Positions 19,474-29,014 of a DNA stretch of 64,000 bases are shown here, piece by piece (position 1 is the stretch's first letter; each line of letters opens with the position of its first letter). The notes beneath the pieces are model-generated. The model saw only the letters and a program-made list of their open reading frames with translations, was not told the origin of the DNA and did not search any database. The stretch lies in assembly GCA_963663405.2 (NCBI GenBank), contig CAXXSM010000141.1, forward strand, positions 1 to 64,000, given 5' to 3'. Origin of the DNA: a bacterium. GTDB lineage: Bacteria; Hinthialibacterota; Hinthialibacteria; Hinthialibacterales; Hinthialibacteraceae. Made by a program: the position numbers and the translations under genes.

Positions 19474-21581
19474 CCTGGATTTCCACTTCAATAATTAATC
19501 TAAGAAATTAACTAATAAACGTATTACATGAATCCATATTGTGAAACTTAGCGAAGAGTAATTATAAAATTTTTGTTATTCACCCATGGCAGTTTAAAGG
19601 TAGTATTGATTAAGCCCGATTCAAGAAGTATAGGATTGTTGGCCCGTTTGTTCAATCGTATCTCTATCTCTTTTTTCCCGATGAAGATCTTGGCTGGAGT
19701 ATCGATGAATTTTCGGAAAATCACGTCGGCTCCACAATATTCGTATCCTCGTAGTTTTTTAGCCAATATGTGATAAGTGGCCTGACCGACAAGAGTCAAA
19801 AGAACATCAAAATCAATTCGAATGGCGACGGAAGATGATAGGGCTCGATTATGAAAGAAATCCACTCCATTGGCTATAGAATTTTCGATCAACATTCTCC
19901 GAGCATACCGTGAAATGAGTTCGGAGGAGGAGGTTTTTTTATCATTCGTAATAATGATAGTAGGAAGGTCATGTCCCAGTTCTTTTACGAATAGTTGTCT
20001 GACAACACCATTATAATCTCGGAGTTGTATTTCCTTATCGATCACTTTCGGAGTCTTATATTTCCTGGCCACATTACTCAGTTTAATTCGCCGCCATGCG
20101 GAAAGGGGCACATTCGCAATTTCTTGAAGAAGTTGAGGAGTTCTCCTCCTTAGAGTGACAAAAGTGATATTTTCATGGTTCAGTTTAGATAAGTTTTTGT
20201 AGGTTGTCAGCTGTGAATCAAAGACCAAGTGAGGAGGCTTCCTTCCCGTTTGTTTTTTCCAGAATTCGATAAATCGAAAGATTTCATCCGACTCCTCTCC
20301 TTTTCGCAAATCCGAATTGCTGTAACAAAATATTTTCGATTCCGCATCCTGGGCAAAGAACACTAAAATGGCTTTTTGACGGCGAGAACGCATGGAAACA
20401 TAATGCTTTTCAATCACATCTTCTTCCCCAAAATAGGGAATGGATTGAAAATCCAAATTGAAGGATTTTCCTTTTATGCAATTCGTTTTTCTAAGATTCT
20501 TGAGCCAATAATGCATAAAATTCAGATTGTCTTCATGAGTAATCCTTTCCGAGTATTCTGAAATATACGCGGTCTTGGGAACGACGTTCAGGCCATTCGC
20601 AAGAGCCACCCCTTCATCGAACACTAAATCCATGACGTGGCTTTTTCTTTCCTTGCCGATTAACTTGAGCAATAAAGAAGAGAGAAAGGCGTTTTCTGGA
20701 GGGATCATTTTGGATCCATACCATTGTAAAGATTTGGGGATCTTATGAATTTTCATCTCGGCCAGAATTCGATAAAGTAAAAATACACCTCCAAGGTGTG
20801 TTTCAATAACGCGTGGAGTAAACGAGAGTTCCCGAATATCGGCATAAGCGGCTTGTTCAGGCCTGGGTCTTTTCGGCCGCTCCTCATCAGCTCGTCTGGG
20901 GAGGCGTGAAAAACCTTCTTGTTTGAGGATTGTCCAAATGGATACAGTACTGAGGTTCAATCCTTCTTCTTTCAAAGTGAAGTGAATATCCTGCACCGAA
21001 TAATTTTTCTTACGAAGTTGAATAATCCGTTCTCTAGAAATATCTTTCTTGGGACTGTGTTTTGGCCCGGGTCGAGTTTGGACAAAAAATACTTTATCAG
21101 GATCATGGCGAAACTGGTGACAAAGGACATGAAACGCGCCTGGTGTGTATCCAAAACGGTAGGCAGCGTCCTTGGCAGGAATATTTTCAACAAAATAAGC
21201 TCGCAGAGCCTCGTACTGACGTTGTTTTGGATTCTCTGGTTCCAAGAAGAATTTGGCTTCGTGTCTTAGCGGATTCCTTAACGTAGACATAAGGTTTGTA
21301 TCTCCTTCTATCTCATAGTCTCATCCACCCTATCGCAAATAAGTCTATATATATTGGAGAAGAGTAATTTATATCTATATTATAGTTGGTATTATCTAAG
21401 TACACAAGCACTTTATAGATTTATTATTTAACTAAGCATAAAAAGACACATTATTTTTGTCGGAGTCTGAAAAATGTGATTTTTTCCGAACAATCTTTGA
21501 AGAAAATGATCCTGGGGATGGATTGATAACAATAATTTAGATAGGTTTTCTTAGGGGAATTAGTACTTGTGGAAATTCAGG
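19474..21581 (-). mobile_element. IS element with CC-starting terminal IRs and a CTAG target duplication (IS1380/IS4-like DDE)
   Basis: CTAG|CCTGGATTTCCAC ... GTGGAAATTCAGG|CTAG (13-bp IR, 1 mismatch). Confidence 0.8.
19548..21290 (-). CDS. DDE transposase
   Basis: N-terminal HTH-like region; NLDFQ, VFDSQ and YARRMLIEN catalytic-triad pattern; enclosed by IRs. Confidence 0.8.
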   Translation of the reverse strand: MSTLRNPLRHEAKFFLEPENPKQRQYEALRAYFVENIPAKDAAYRFGYTPGAFHVLCHQFRHDPDKVFFVQTRPGPKHSPKKDISRERIIQLRKKNYSVQDIHFTLKEEGLNLSTVSIWTILKQEGFSRLPRRADEERPKRPRPEQAAYADIRELSFTPRVIETHLGGVFLLYRILAEMKIHKIPKSLQWYGSKMIPPENAFLSSLLLKLIGKERKSHVMDLVFDEGVALANGLNVVPKTAYISEYSERITHEDNLNFMHYWLKNLRKTNCIKGKSFNLDFQSIPYFGEEDVIEKHYVSMRSRRQKAILVFFAQDAESKIFCYSNSDLRKGEESDEIFRFIEFWKKQTGRKPPHLVFDSQLTTYKNLSKLNHENITFVTLRRRTPQLLQEIANVPLSAWRRIKLSNVARKYKTPKVIDKEIQLRDYNGVVRQLFVKELGHDLPTIIITNDKKTSSSELISRYARRMLIENSIANGVDFFHNRALSSSVAIRIDFDVLLTLVGQATYHILAKKLRGYEYCGADVIFRKFIDTPAKIFIGKKEIEIRLNKRANNPILLESGLINTTFKLPWVNNKNFIITLR

Positions 21582-21961
21582 CTAGCGAGGTGATTCGCTC
21601 ATTTGTCTGGCTCACGACCGAACAATAGATTTTCAACGGAGGATAGAGCCACTATCTGGAGTCAGGATGGTGGTTCCATTGTCAGTCGGGCCTTGATCCT
21701 TAAATCCCATCACGCGGCAGTCGAAGATTCGAACATCCAATCCTGTGTGGAATTCTGAAATCGATGACCCTTACCAGTGGATCATCGTCCTAAATCTATA
21801 TCTTTTTTGTCCTCATTCATCCCAAACCCTAACCGGATCATCCGCAAACGCTTCAATCTTGTCCCCAACGAAAAGAAAGCGCGTCCTAAACCCACCCCTA
21901 ATTACGGACAGGGAAGCCCGTTGATTTTCCACGACTTAAGCCCCGTGTCCCTAAAACGACT

Positions 21962-22094
21962 ATTATCATTTTCTCATCACAGGAGGTCACGCTAATCCCA
22001 TACGTAAACCTTTTCCCCTTCGGGGCCGGCCCAAGGGCCTAAAGGTTTATCGAGGGATTCGCTTAAAGACCCCCCATGATGAGAAAATGATAAT
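21962..22094 (+). other. Long branched hairpin module, copy 1 (candidate ssDNA promoter or structured RNA)
   Basis: 18-bp perfect outer stem ATTATCATTTTCTCATCA/TGATGAGAAAATGATAAT, inner stem TAAACCTTT/AAAGGTTTA and two small apical hairpins. Confidence 0.65.
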
Positions 22095-22137
22095 TTTGGA
22101 AGAGCGGCCAAAGAGTAGTTCTCCAGAGGTAACAAAA

Positions 22138-22452
22138 ATGAAAAACCCAAAAACCGCAAATACAAGGAAAGACACCGAACAGACCCGAGACGTCTTGCGC
22201 TACTTGAGTGATTTGTATTGGACATCTCGAAGAACGCAGTCATTGGTGGGAAGCGCAGCCCGGCATCCGGCATTGGTTCGACATATCGATTCCTACTATC
22301 AAATGAAGATGGCGATGGAAATGACCTTTAATGGGATCAACACAGACACACACAAGCGGATCAAAGAAGAGTGGTTGCAACTTCGAGAATCTCTTGCGCT
22401 CCTTGATACGTTGTACAGAGATCAGGAATTCATGACGTTTTGCATGGATTGA
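22138..22452 (+). CDS. Small hypothetical protein downstream of hairpin copy 1
   Basis: GAGG RBS and CAAAAATGAAAAAC start context. Confidence 0.55.
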   Translation: MKNPKTANTRKDTEQTRDVLRYLSDLYWTSRRTQSLVGSAARHPALVRHIDSYYQMKMAMEMTFNGINTDTHKRIKEEWLQLRESLALLDTLYRDQEFMTFCMD

Positions 22453-23654
22453 ATTTCTTTCTTTTTTTTCTTTTGTTGTTGTTTCTTTGGCTTCCTATTT
22501 CTGGTTGTTGTTTCGTGTGAGTGTCAGGAGGATTTGGATCGAGAATAGTTGGGATTTGGATTGGACTGAGTGTTTGTTCGTTTGATTCATGTTTTCGAGA
22601 TGGATTGGTTGTTGGTAGGATCGAGAGTGTGGAAGAGATCAAGTTGACTTTTCGGTTAGAGACGGGCTGGTAGTTTGTCTGATGAGAATGGATCGATAGG
22701 TTTTGGGAATTGAGTGTTTGGGATTGCAGAGATGATGAGGAGCGTTCAACAAGCAAATGTTCTATTGGATTTTTGGAGAGGAAGGTGTCAGGCCTGTTAT
22801 GATCGGTAAAAAGAGAATTGGTGTTTTGTGGAGTAGCATGAAGAGAAAGTGATTGAGAATGGATTGGAGTTTTGTCGTTGGATTTCACAGATAGAGAATT
22901 TTGTGCTTTTCATTTTCTTCTCTTGTTTGTGTCTTACGTTTGTTGTTGGCGGGATCGAGAGTTCGGATGAGTTCAAGTCAGTGATAGGCAGAGATGGGCT
23001 GGTGGTTTTGTCTGTTGAAAATGGTTTTGGTAATGGAGCCGTTGGGATTGGAGGAATGAAGGTGCGATGTTCAGCAAACGGGAAAACAATTCGATTTAGT
23101 TGAGTGAAATCACGCGTGTTTGAATGGAGAGAAAGTGAGTTGATTTTGCGTTGGGGAAGATGAAGAGAATTTGAAACATGGATTTGTGAGATGCGCAAGA
23201 TTTTGAATGCAGGGATGGAAGAAAGAATGGGTCTGTTTTTGTCGTAGGTTTTGTGGAGCCGATGACAGGATTTTGAGGCGCGGTTGGTTGCGTTGGTTTG
23301 AATGAGAAAATGGTTTTCGCTCTGCGATGACGAGCTCAGGAGAATCCGGGGGACGCGTCCCCCGCGCCCCCTGCTATTTTCGCTTTGCGTGAGTTGGTAT
23401 ATGGCCGTGGTTTTGTCACAGCCGAGAATCAACGGAATCATGGATGGAATGAATCGTCCACTCATTCAACCTACAAGACTTCATCCGTCTCGCTGTCGAA
23501 AGCGCTACAAAATTCACATTTGCTTTTAATTCGTTCATCCAAACAGCAAGCGTATACCATTACAAGTCATAGATCTTCTCCCCATTTCTTTGACCAATTT
23601 ATCCAACAGCAATAAATCAGGCAGTCACTGTATCGCTGTCATGATTCGCCGTAC

Positions 23655-23755
23655 GCGGGTGACCACGCAAATACCTTACGTAAATCTTTTCCCGCCAAGG
23701 CGGGCCGGCCTTCCGGCCTAAAGATTTATCGAGGGATTCGCTCACGGCCACCCGC
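23655..23755 (+). other. Long branched hairpin module, copy 2
   Basis: GCGGGTGACC/GGCCACCCGC outer stem, TAAATCTTT/AAAGATTTA inner stem, CCCGCC-AA-GGCGGG and GGCC-TTCC-GGCC apical hairpins, shared TCGAGGGATTCGCT. Confidence 0.65.
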
Positions 23756-23826
23756 TATCCCGCTGTCATTACGGTGGTTCTCCGGCAATGGAGAGAACCA
23801 CCAACAAGTGGTCAGGAGGCGCAAAA

Positions 23827-24198
23827 ATGAAAAACGTAATGAAATCTGAGGAAGAACAATCAAGCCTAAGTGGCGTCCGGTTTACCAGACGATGTGTTTG
23901 TGGAAATGAACTCCAAGCCGCGTACAACGCTGAACTGGATATCGTATTCTGGAATTGCTTTCGATGTTTCCCGATCTATCCGAAAGCGAACCATCAACAG
24001 GAAGAACAGTTGCGAAAGGAATTCGGGATTGGAAGCGATCGAAACCGAGGGATGAACGAAACCAAAGAACAAGAGGATTCAAACCTTCTTGATACTGATG
24101 AGTGTCTCGACCAGGCGGAATTAAACCGCCTGGCGTATTTAGCCGAATGTCCGGAACGAATGGATCCGGTTTTCTTGTTTGTTCGGGAATCGTCGTAG
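23827..24198 (+). CDS. Small Zn-ribbon-like protein downstream of hairpin copy 2
   Basis: CVCG...CFRC; GGAGG RBS and CAAAAATGAAAAAC start context. Confidence 0.55.
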   Translation: MKNVMKSEEEQSSLSGVRFTRRCVCGNELQAAYNAELDIVFWNCFRCFPIYPKANHQQEEQLRKEFGIGSDRNRGMNETKEQEDSNLLDTDECLDQAELNRLAYLAECPERMDPVFLFVRESS

Positions 24199-24420
24199 GC
24201 TCCTTTTCATTTCATCTCCAGGCCTGTTGCGGGCGCTTTGAGAGCGTATGGTCTCGGGCAATTTTTCTTTCAAGCGTGTAACGAAGACGCATGGTTCTCG
24301 TGCCATCGAAAATCTGAAGAAACTGTTCATCGAGAACGCTTTGGTGAGAATGACGCAATAGGGATTTTGAAGAGATCGCCTTTTCTTCTTTTTCCCTTGG
24401 CTGGAATGAATAGATCCGCG

Positions 24421-25992
24421 TTATGGGGTTGAGGGAAGCGCGGGGATCTGTTTCGCAAGATAGTGGTCTACGCTTCGCGCCAAATTCAGCGCCCTATCGT
24501 GATCCCCATTGTCCAGACACAGATTGATTCGACGGCGTGTAGGTTCGATCGTTTGTTGGATGTTGTTGACGAATCGTTTGGCTTTCACGATCTCGATCGC
24601 GCCTGGATTGTATCGATCGGCTTTCTCAAACCACGAATACGCTTCGTCCCATTCATGCCGCAGCACAGCCGTAAGGCCTTCTTCCATTGCTTGCCTGTAG
24701 CGCTCTGTTTTTTCTTCGAGCAGGATCTGAACCGTCTGTCCCGCTGGATGTTCAGGGAATATTTCGACGGCGGCGTTCAGCAGCGCGTTCAATTCGTGAA
24801 GACTGAGCCGATCCAATCCCTGTTCCATCGCGGTATAGATTGATTGAGCCTGCTGAAACCGTTCTTGAATCTGGTCAAGGATTTCCCGCGCGTCCGTCCA
24901 GGAAGGATCGTCCTGAAGGATGAGTTGGCAGAGGCGCCTCGCGGGGGAAAGGCGCCCTCGTTCGATGTGAGTCAGGATGTCTTGCCACATTACGTTCCTT
25001 TGATCTTCCATTTCAGAATGACGATATCCACATTCGAGATCGCGCATCAGTTCTTCGACGCGTTGATACCGTTTGGCGGGATCTTTTTCCAGGCATCGCT
25101 GGATAATGGCGGCGAGATCGGGATGTTCGATGGGGTAGAGTAATGGAGAAACGCTTGTGTGTAATTCACGAAGACGCTCGTACGAGCCTGCGAAAGGCGG
25201 GCGGCATTGGGGATGTGCGAGTTCGTATAAAATCACCCCCAGACTATAGAGATCCGATCGGATATCCAAATCACCGGGATCGATGGCGATAAACTGTTCC
25301 GGGGCCATATACGCCGGCGTAAAACAGCGGGATGAAATCGCCTCATCGTTCACCAGCGCTTGGCTCATCGGTTGATTGAGAAACCCCGCCGAGGAACTAT
25401 AGTCCCCCACTTTATACACACCCTCCACACAGAGGCAATTCTCCGGTTTGAGATCCAAGTGGAGAACGCCGGCGTTGTGACTTGCCGCAACTCCCTGGCA
25501 GATCTGTTTGAAATATTCCAAGCCTTGAAAATAGCGGGTCTCTTCATCACCCCGGCGCTCGTTCAACCAATTCCGAAGCGTTCCACCCTCCGCGTATTCC
25601 ATGGACAGAATCAGGAACGCGGCGCCGCCCCAAGCCACGGAATGAAGATCAAACGCTTGCAGGACATGGCGGCGATCTTGAATGTGGTGATACGCCTGGT
25701 GTTCTCTCCGCAACTGGATGGCTGCGTTGGGGGAATTGTTGGGGCCGATGTCAACCACTTTGATCGCAACATCACTATCAAGGATTTGGTCGTTAGCGAG
25801 ATAAACGCTTGCGGAATTTCCATGAGCTAAGAGTTTCTTGATAAAAAAGCGATCGAGTTGGGTACCAGGCTCCATATCCAAGATCACTTTTCGCCGCTCC
25901 GGATAATCAGAAATATAGAGTTCATTTTCACCAGGAAATGGCGCCGGGCTTTCTCTTCTTATGATGGATTGAGTTGCGCAGTTTATTGTCAT
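24421..25992 (-). CDS. Hanks-type Ser/Thr protein kinase with C-terminal TPR-like helices
   Basis: VAIK, HLDLKPEN, GDYS (DFG variant), TPAYMAPE, DLYSLG; likely start ATG 25992. Confidence 0.9.
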   Translation of the reverse strand: MTINCATQSIIRRESPAPFPGENELYISDYPERRKVILDMEPGTQLDRFFIKKLLAHGNSASVYLANDQILDSDVAIKVVDIGPNNSPNAAIQLRREHQAYHHIQDRRHVLQAFDLHSVAWGGAAFLILSMEYAEGGTLRNWLNERRGDEETRYFQGLEYFKQICQGVAASHNAGVLHLDLKPENCLCVEGVYKVGDYSSSAGFLNQPMSQALVNDEAISSRCFTPAYMAPEQFIAIDPGDLDIRSDLYSLGVILYELAHPQCRPPFAGSYERLRELHTSVSPLLYPIEHPDLAAIIQRCLEKDPAKRYQRVEELMRDLECGYRHSEMEDQRNVMWQDILTHIERGRLSPARRLCQLILQDDPSWTDAREILDQIQERFQQAQSIYTAMEQGLDRLSLHELNALLNAAVEIFPEHPAGQTVQILLEEKTERYRQAMEEGLTAVLRHEWDEAYSWFEKADRYNPGAIEIVKAKRFVNNIQQTIEPTRRRINLCLDNGDHDRALNLARSVDHYLAKQIPALPSTP

Positions 25993-25993
25993 T

Positions 25994-27871
25994 CTATGCG
26001 ATCCTTTCTTGCCGCTGGGATGAGAGGGAAAGGTTTCGAAGCCGCCGTAAAGCCAATCCAATCGTCTGGCGGATTTTGGGGGACCAGAAATCCTCGGCCT
26101 GGCGCTGACTCACGCTTTCATACACGCGAAGGACATGAGCGTTATGCGCGCGCCAAGACCGGCCTGGCTCTATTCCCTCGGCGTGAAACAGAGCCACCGG
26201 CTGGATCCGAATTTGAAACTCATTTTGAATCAGCAAGAGCGCTCGTTGAATTTCCACTGATTCCGGTTGGATGGAATCATGGAAAATGACGGCTTCGAAC
26301 GGCTGGATTGTATTCCGCACGATCCATTGCATCCTGCAAGGCTCCGCGCCGGGGAGATTCTCTTGTTGATCATCCGCTTTGATTTGTTCGTATTTTTCGG
26401 CCAAAACGGCGGCGGAGAGAGTGGATTCGGGGAATGGGATCGGATTCGAACTGTTGAACAGCCACCGGCCTGTAAACGGCTCTTCCAGCGCGTTCGCGGC
26501 TTCAATCAACAGCGGGAATGGGATATCCGGTTCGATCGTCCACAGGTCCCCTTCCATGGCGCCGCAGGCGAGCTCAAGCCATGGAAGGGAATGACGGACA
26601 TCTCTTGATTCATGAATTGAATGATAGACCGATCGGGCTTCCTGCAATCGCCAGGTTCTTTCCAGCGTATCGGCGTAACACCGGAGAGAGTCAGACGCCT
26701 GTGGATCTTCGCTGGACAATTGGGATGTCAGACGGCGCCGTATTTTCAGCTCTTCGATCGGATCCTGCCGTTGCGCCGCCTGGCGCGCCCGGAACGCCAA
26801 TGAGACCGTCTCGAAGCCTAAATTCACTAGTTCTTGATGTAACGCGGTTAGTCCTTCAACCTGGTTGCGATCCATCTTGGACTGAATTTCGGTTTTCAGC
26901 TGCTGGAAACGGGATCCCCGCCATTGAGCGGCGAGCGTCTGGCGGACGGAATGGGAAGGCCCGGCCACGGTCCGATAGGCCTCCCCTTCTAACTTTTGAA
27001 CCGGCTGTAGGGCCTCGTCATGAAGGTCGTAAATCATAGCGTGGCCCTGATCATTGATGAGAAGCAGCCGGTTTGTCCCATCCACCATAAATTCACCAGC
27101 GACGATTCCGGTTGGACACCGGCGTTGGTGAATGAAAGTCCCTGTCGCGTCCCATGTTTTCATTTGACCGTCATTATGACCAATCGTATGGAGATAATCT
27201 CCATCGCAGAGACAGGCATAGAATCCCCCGTGATGGGCTTCCCAGACACGAACACTGGAATCTCCTGGCTTGTAGCGGACCAAGGAACCATCCGCAGCTG
27301 GATAGACAAGCGCTTGCGGCGAAGGCCAGGATACAAGGTTGACAAGCGCCAGCTGTTTGGGCGGCGTAGGGCCGGAGAGTATCCGCAAGAGTCGGCCGGT
27401 GGATGGTTCCCATATCAGAATCTTCCCTTGCGAAGAGAGACCCGCAGCGTGTGTCTCATCCAGGCGGTTGATCGATCCGATCAATTCACCCGCCGTATCC
27501 AGCGAGACCGGAGAAGCCGGATTATCGAAAGGACTCCACAGCAAGACGCGCCCGGTGGTATCCGCCGATAAGATCCGTTGATCGGGAAGGACACATACCG
27601 ACAACACCGGCGCGCCTTGCAGGAGAGAATGAAGCCGCTCGCAGGATTCGTTTTCACAGCGCGGATACGAAAACAGTTCAATACGGCCCGCCCGCGTTCC
27701 GATCGCGATGAGATCCCTCTCTACATCCACATCGATGGAATAGACGCTATGAACCACCGGTAGTTCAATCTCGATCCGGGATGAATCCGCGCCAGGCCAC
27801 AGCATCCGAAGCCCTGGTTTTGAGCCTCCCACACCGAGGCAGAGGGGATGAACCAGACTTTTTTCATTCAT
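25994..27871 (-). CDS. WD40/beta-propeller protein with helical C-terminal region
   Basis: Repeated S.D..G...LW / G.I.IW / DG.MKTW motifs. Confidence 0.8.
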   Translation of the reverse strand: MNEKSLVHPLCLGVGGSKPGLRMLWPGADSSRIEIELPVVHSVYSIDVDVERDLIAIGTRAGRIELFSYPRCENESCERLHSLLQGAPVLSVCVLPDQRILSADTTGRVLLWSPFDNPASPVSLDTAGELIGSINRLDETHAAGLSSQGKILIWEPSTGRLLRILSGPTPPKQLALVNLVSWPSPQALVYPAADGSLVRYKPGDSSVRVWEAHHGGFYACLCDGDYLHTIGHNDGQMKTWDATGTFIHQRRCPTGIVAGEFMVDGTNRLLLINDQGHAMIYDLHDEALQPVQKLEGEAYRTVAGPSHSVRQTLAAQWRGSRFQQLKTEIQSKMDRNQVEGLTALHQELVNLGFETVSLAFRARQAAQRQDPIEELKIRRRLTSQLSSEDPQASDSLRCYADTLERTWRLQEARSVYHSIHESRDVRHSLPWLELACGAMEGDLWTIEPDIPFPLLIEAANALEEPFTGRWLFNSSNPIPFPESTLSAAVLAEKYEQIKADDQQENLPGAEPCRMQWIVRNTIQPFEAVIFHDSIQPESVEIQRALLLIQNEFQIRIQPVALFHAEGIEPGRSWRAHNAHVLRVYESVSQRQAEDFWSPKIRQTIGLALRRLRNLSLSSQRQERIA

Positions 27872-28497
27872 GACTTTTCTTTCTTGTCCATGATGGATGG
27901 ATCAATCCCAAACGTAGCGGCGACATGATTCCGCATAGCGGCGTCCGAAAGGGTGTCGATTTCTTTTGAGGGCTCTCTTGGCGCCGTTATTGACGCCGGG
28001 GGAGGGGATTCGCTGGGGGGAGAGGGCGGTTCGAGAGAGGGCGTCGAATCAACGAATCCCCCCAATTCAATCAGCGTGCCCTGAATAGAGCGATCGATTT
28101 CTTTAATTTGCTCACATATATCTTTCCGCAGGGAAAGGTAGTGTTCGTATTGGGCGGCTAAATCCGATTCCGCGTGGAAATAATGCTCTCTCGCGTCGTC
28201 ACTGTTGATTTCCTCCTCGTGTTGGGCGACCGTTCGCAGGTTGTTCTTGCAATACTGAATCTCTTTCTCTACAAGACGCAGGCATTGCGAGAATTTGCCA
28301 GGTAAACTCTGGATGACGGAATGGATATCATACCCGCTGGCGTATTGGTTCTCGATCCCCGTGAAATCCGGGTTGACGCTTCCCGCCACCCGGGGTAAGG
28401 TTTGCCCCGCTTGGTGTGGATTCGCATTTGAAGGACCGATTGAAGAATCGGCGCCGGTGCCTAAAACTGTGACGGGTGAATTGCGATTGTTTCGCAT
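27868..28497 (-). CDS. Coiled-coil protein with Pro-rich tail
   Basis: Helical middle and PPSPPSESPPP linker; stop overlaps the next start. Confidence 0.55.
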   Translation of the reverse strand: MRNNRNSPVTVLGTGADSSIGPSNANPHQAGQTLPRVAGSVNPDFTGIENQYASGYDIHSVIQSLPGKFSQCLRLVEKEIQYCKNNLRTVAQHEEEINSDDAREHYFHAESDLAAQYEHYLSLRKDICEQIKEIDRSIQGTLIELGGFVDSTPSLEPPSPPSESPPPASITAPREPSKEIDTLSDAAMRNHVAATFGIDPSIMDKKEKS

Positions 28498-28501
28498 GGT
28501 C

Positions 28502-29014
28502 TTATCTCCTCGCCTGGCTCGCGCGATTTTCATGTTCTTGGTGGAGCTGCTCGCTCTCCTGCCGGGCCTGCTCTGAGCGTTGCTCGTGTTCGGTCAGGAA
28601 CTCGATATCCTGTTCCGCTGCCTCTCTGGCCCGTTCCAATTCGCCGCTGGCGTTGTCACTATGGATTGCCGATTGGGCGTCCGCTATTTTCGCTTGATCC
28701 ATCGTGGCGCTTTCTGAGCGTTCGTTCAGATCCGTCTCGTGTTCTTCCGTCTCTGAATGGACCTCTTCCAATTCGTGACTCTCCTCTTCGAATTCGCCGC
28801 CACTCACATCTTGCGCAGTGTCAATATTCTGCTCGATCTCGTCCGTTCCTTCCGCCGTGCCTCGCCGTTCCAACGCTTCCAGCGTTTCACGCTCCAATTC
28901 CAGGTCAGAAACCGTCAATTCAATCTCCTCTCCTTTGTCATTCATCTCATTCTGATGCAGGTCGACTGTGTCGGTCACTTCAATTCGGGTTGGCATATCG
29001 CTTCGGTTGTTCAT
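28502..29014 (-). CDS. Highly acidic coiled-coil protein
   Basis: E/D/Q-rich heptads; ATGA-coupled to the upstream ATPase. Confidence 0.7.
   Translation of the reverse strand: MNNRSDMPTRIEVTDTVDLHQNEMNDKGEEIELTVSDLELERETLEALERRGTAEGTDEIEQNIDTAQDVSGGEFEEESHELEEVHSETEEHETDLNERSESATMDQAKIADAQSAIHSDNASGELERAREAAEQDIEFLTEHEQRSEQARQESEQLHQEHENRASQARR

Noticed and set aside
22430-23465. Minus-strand ORFs of 152 and 222 aa
   Set aside because: Low-complexity S/N/T/P/K translations explained by the strand skew; no recognisable domain.
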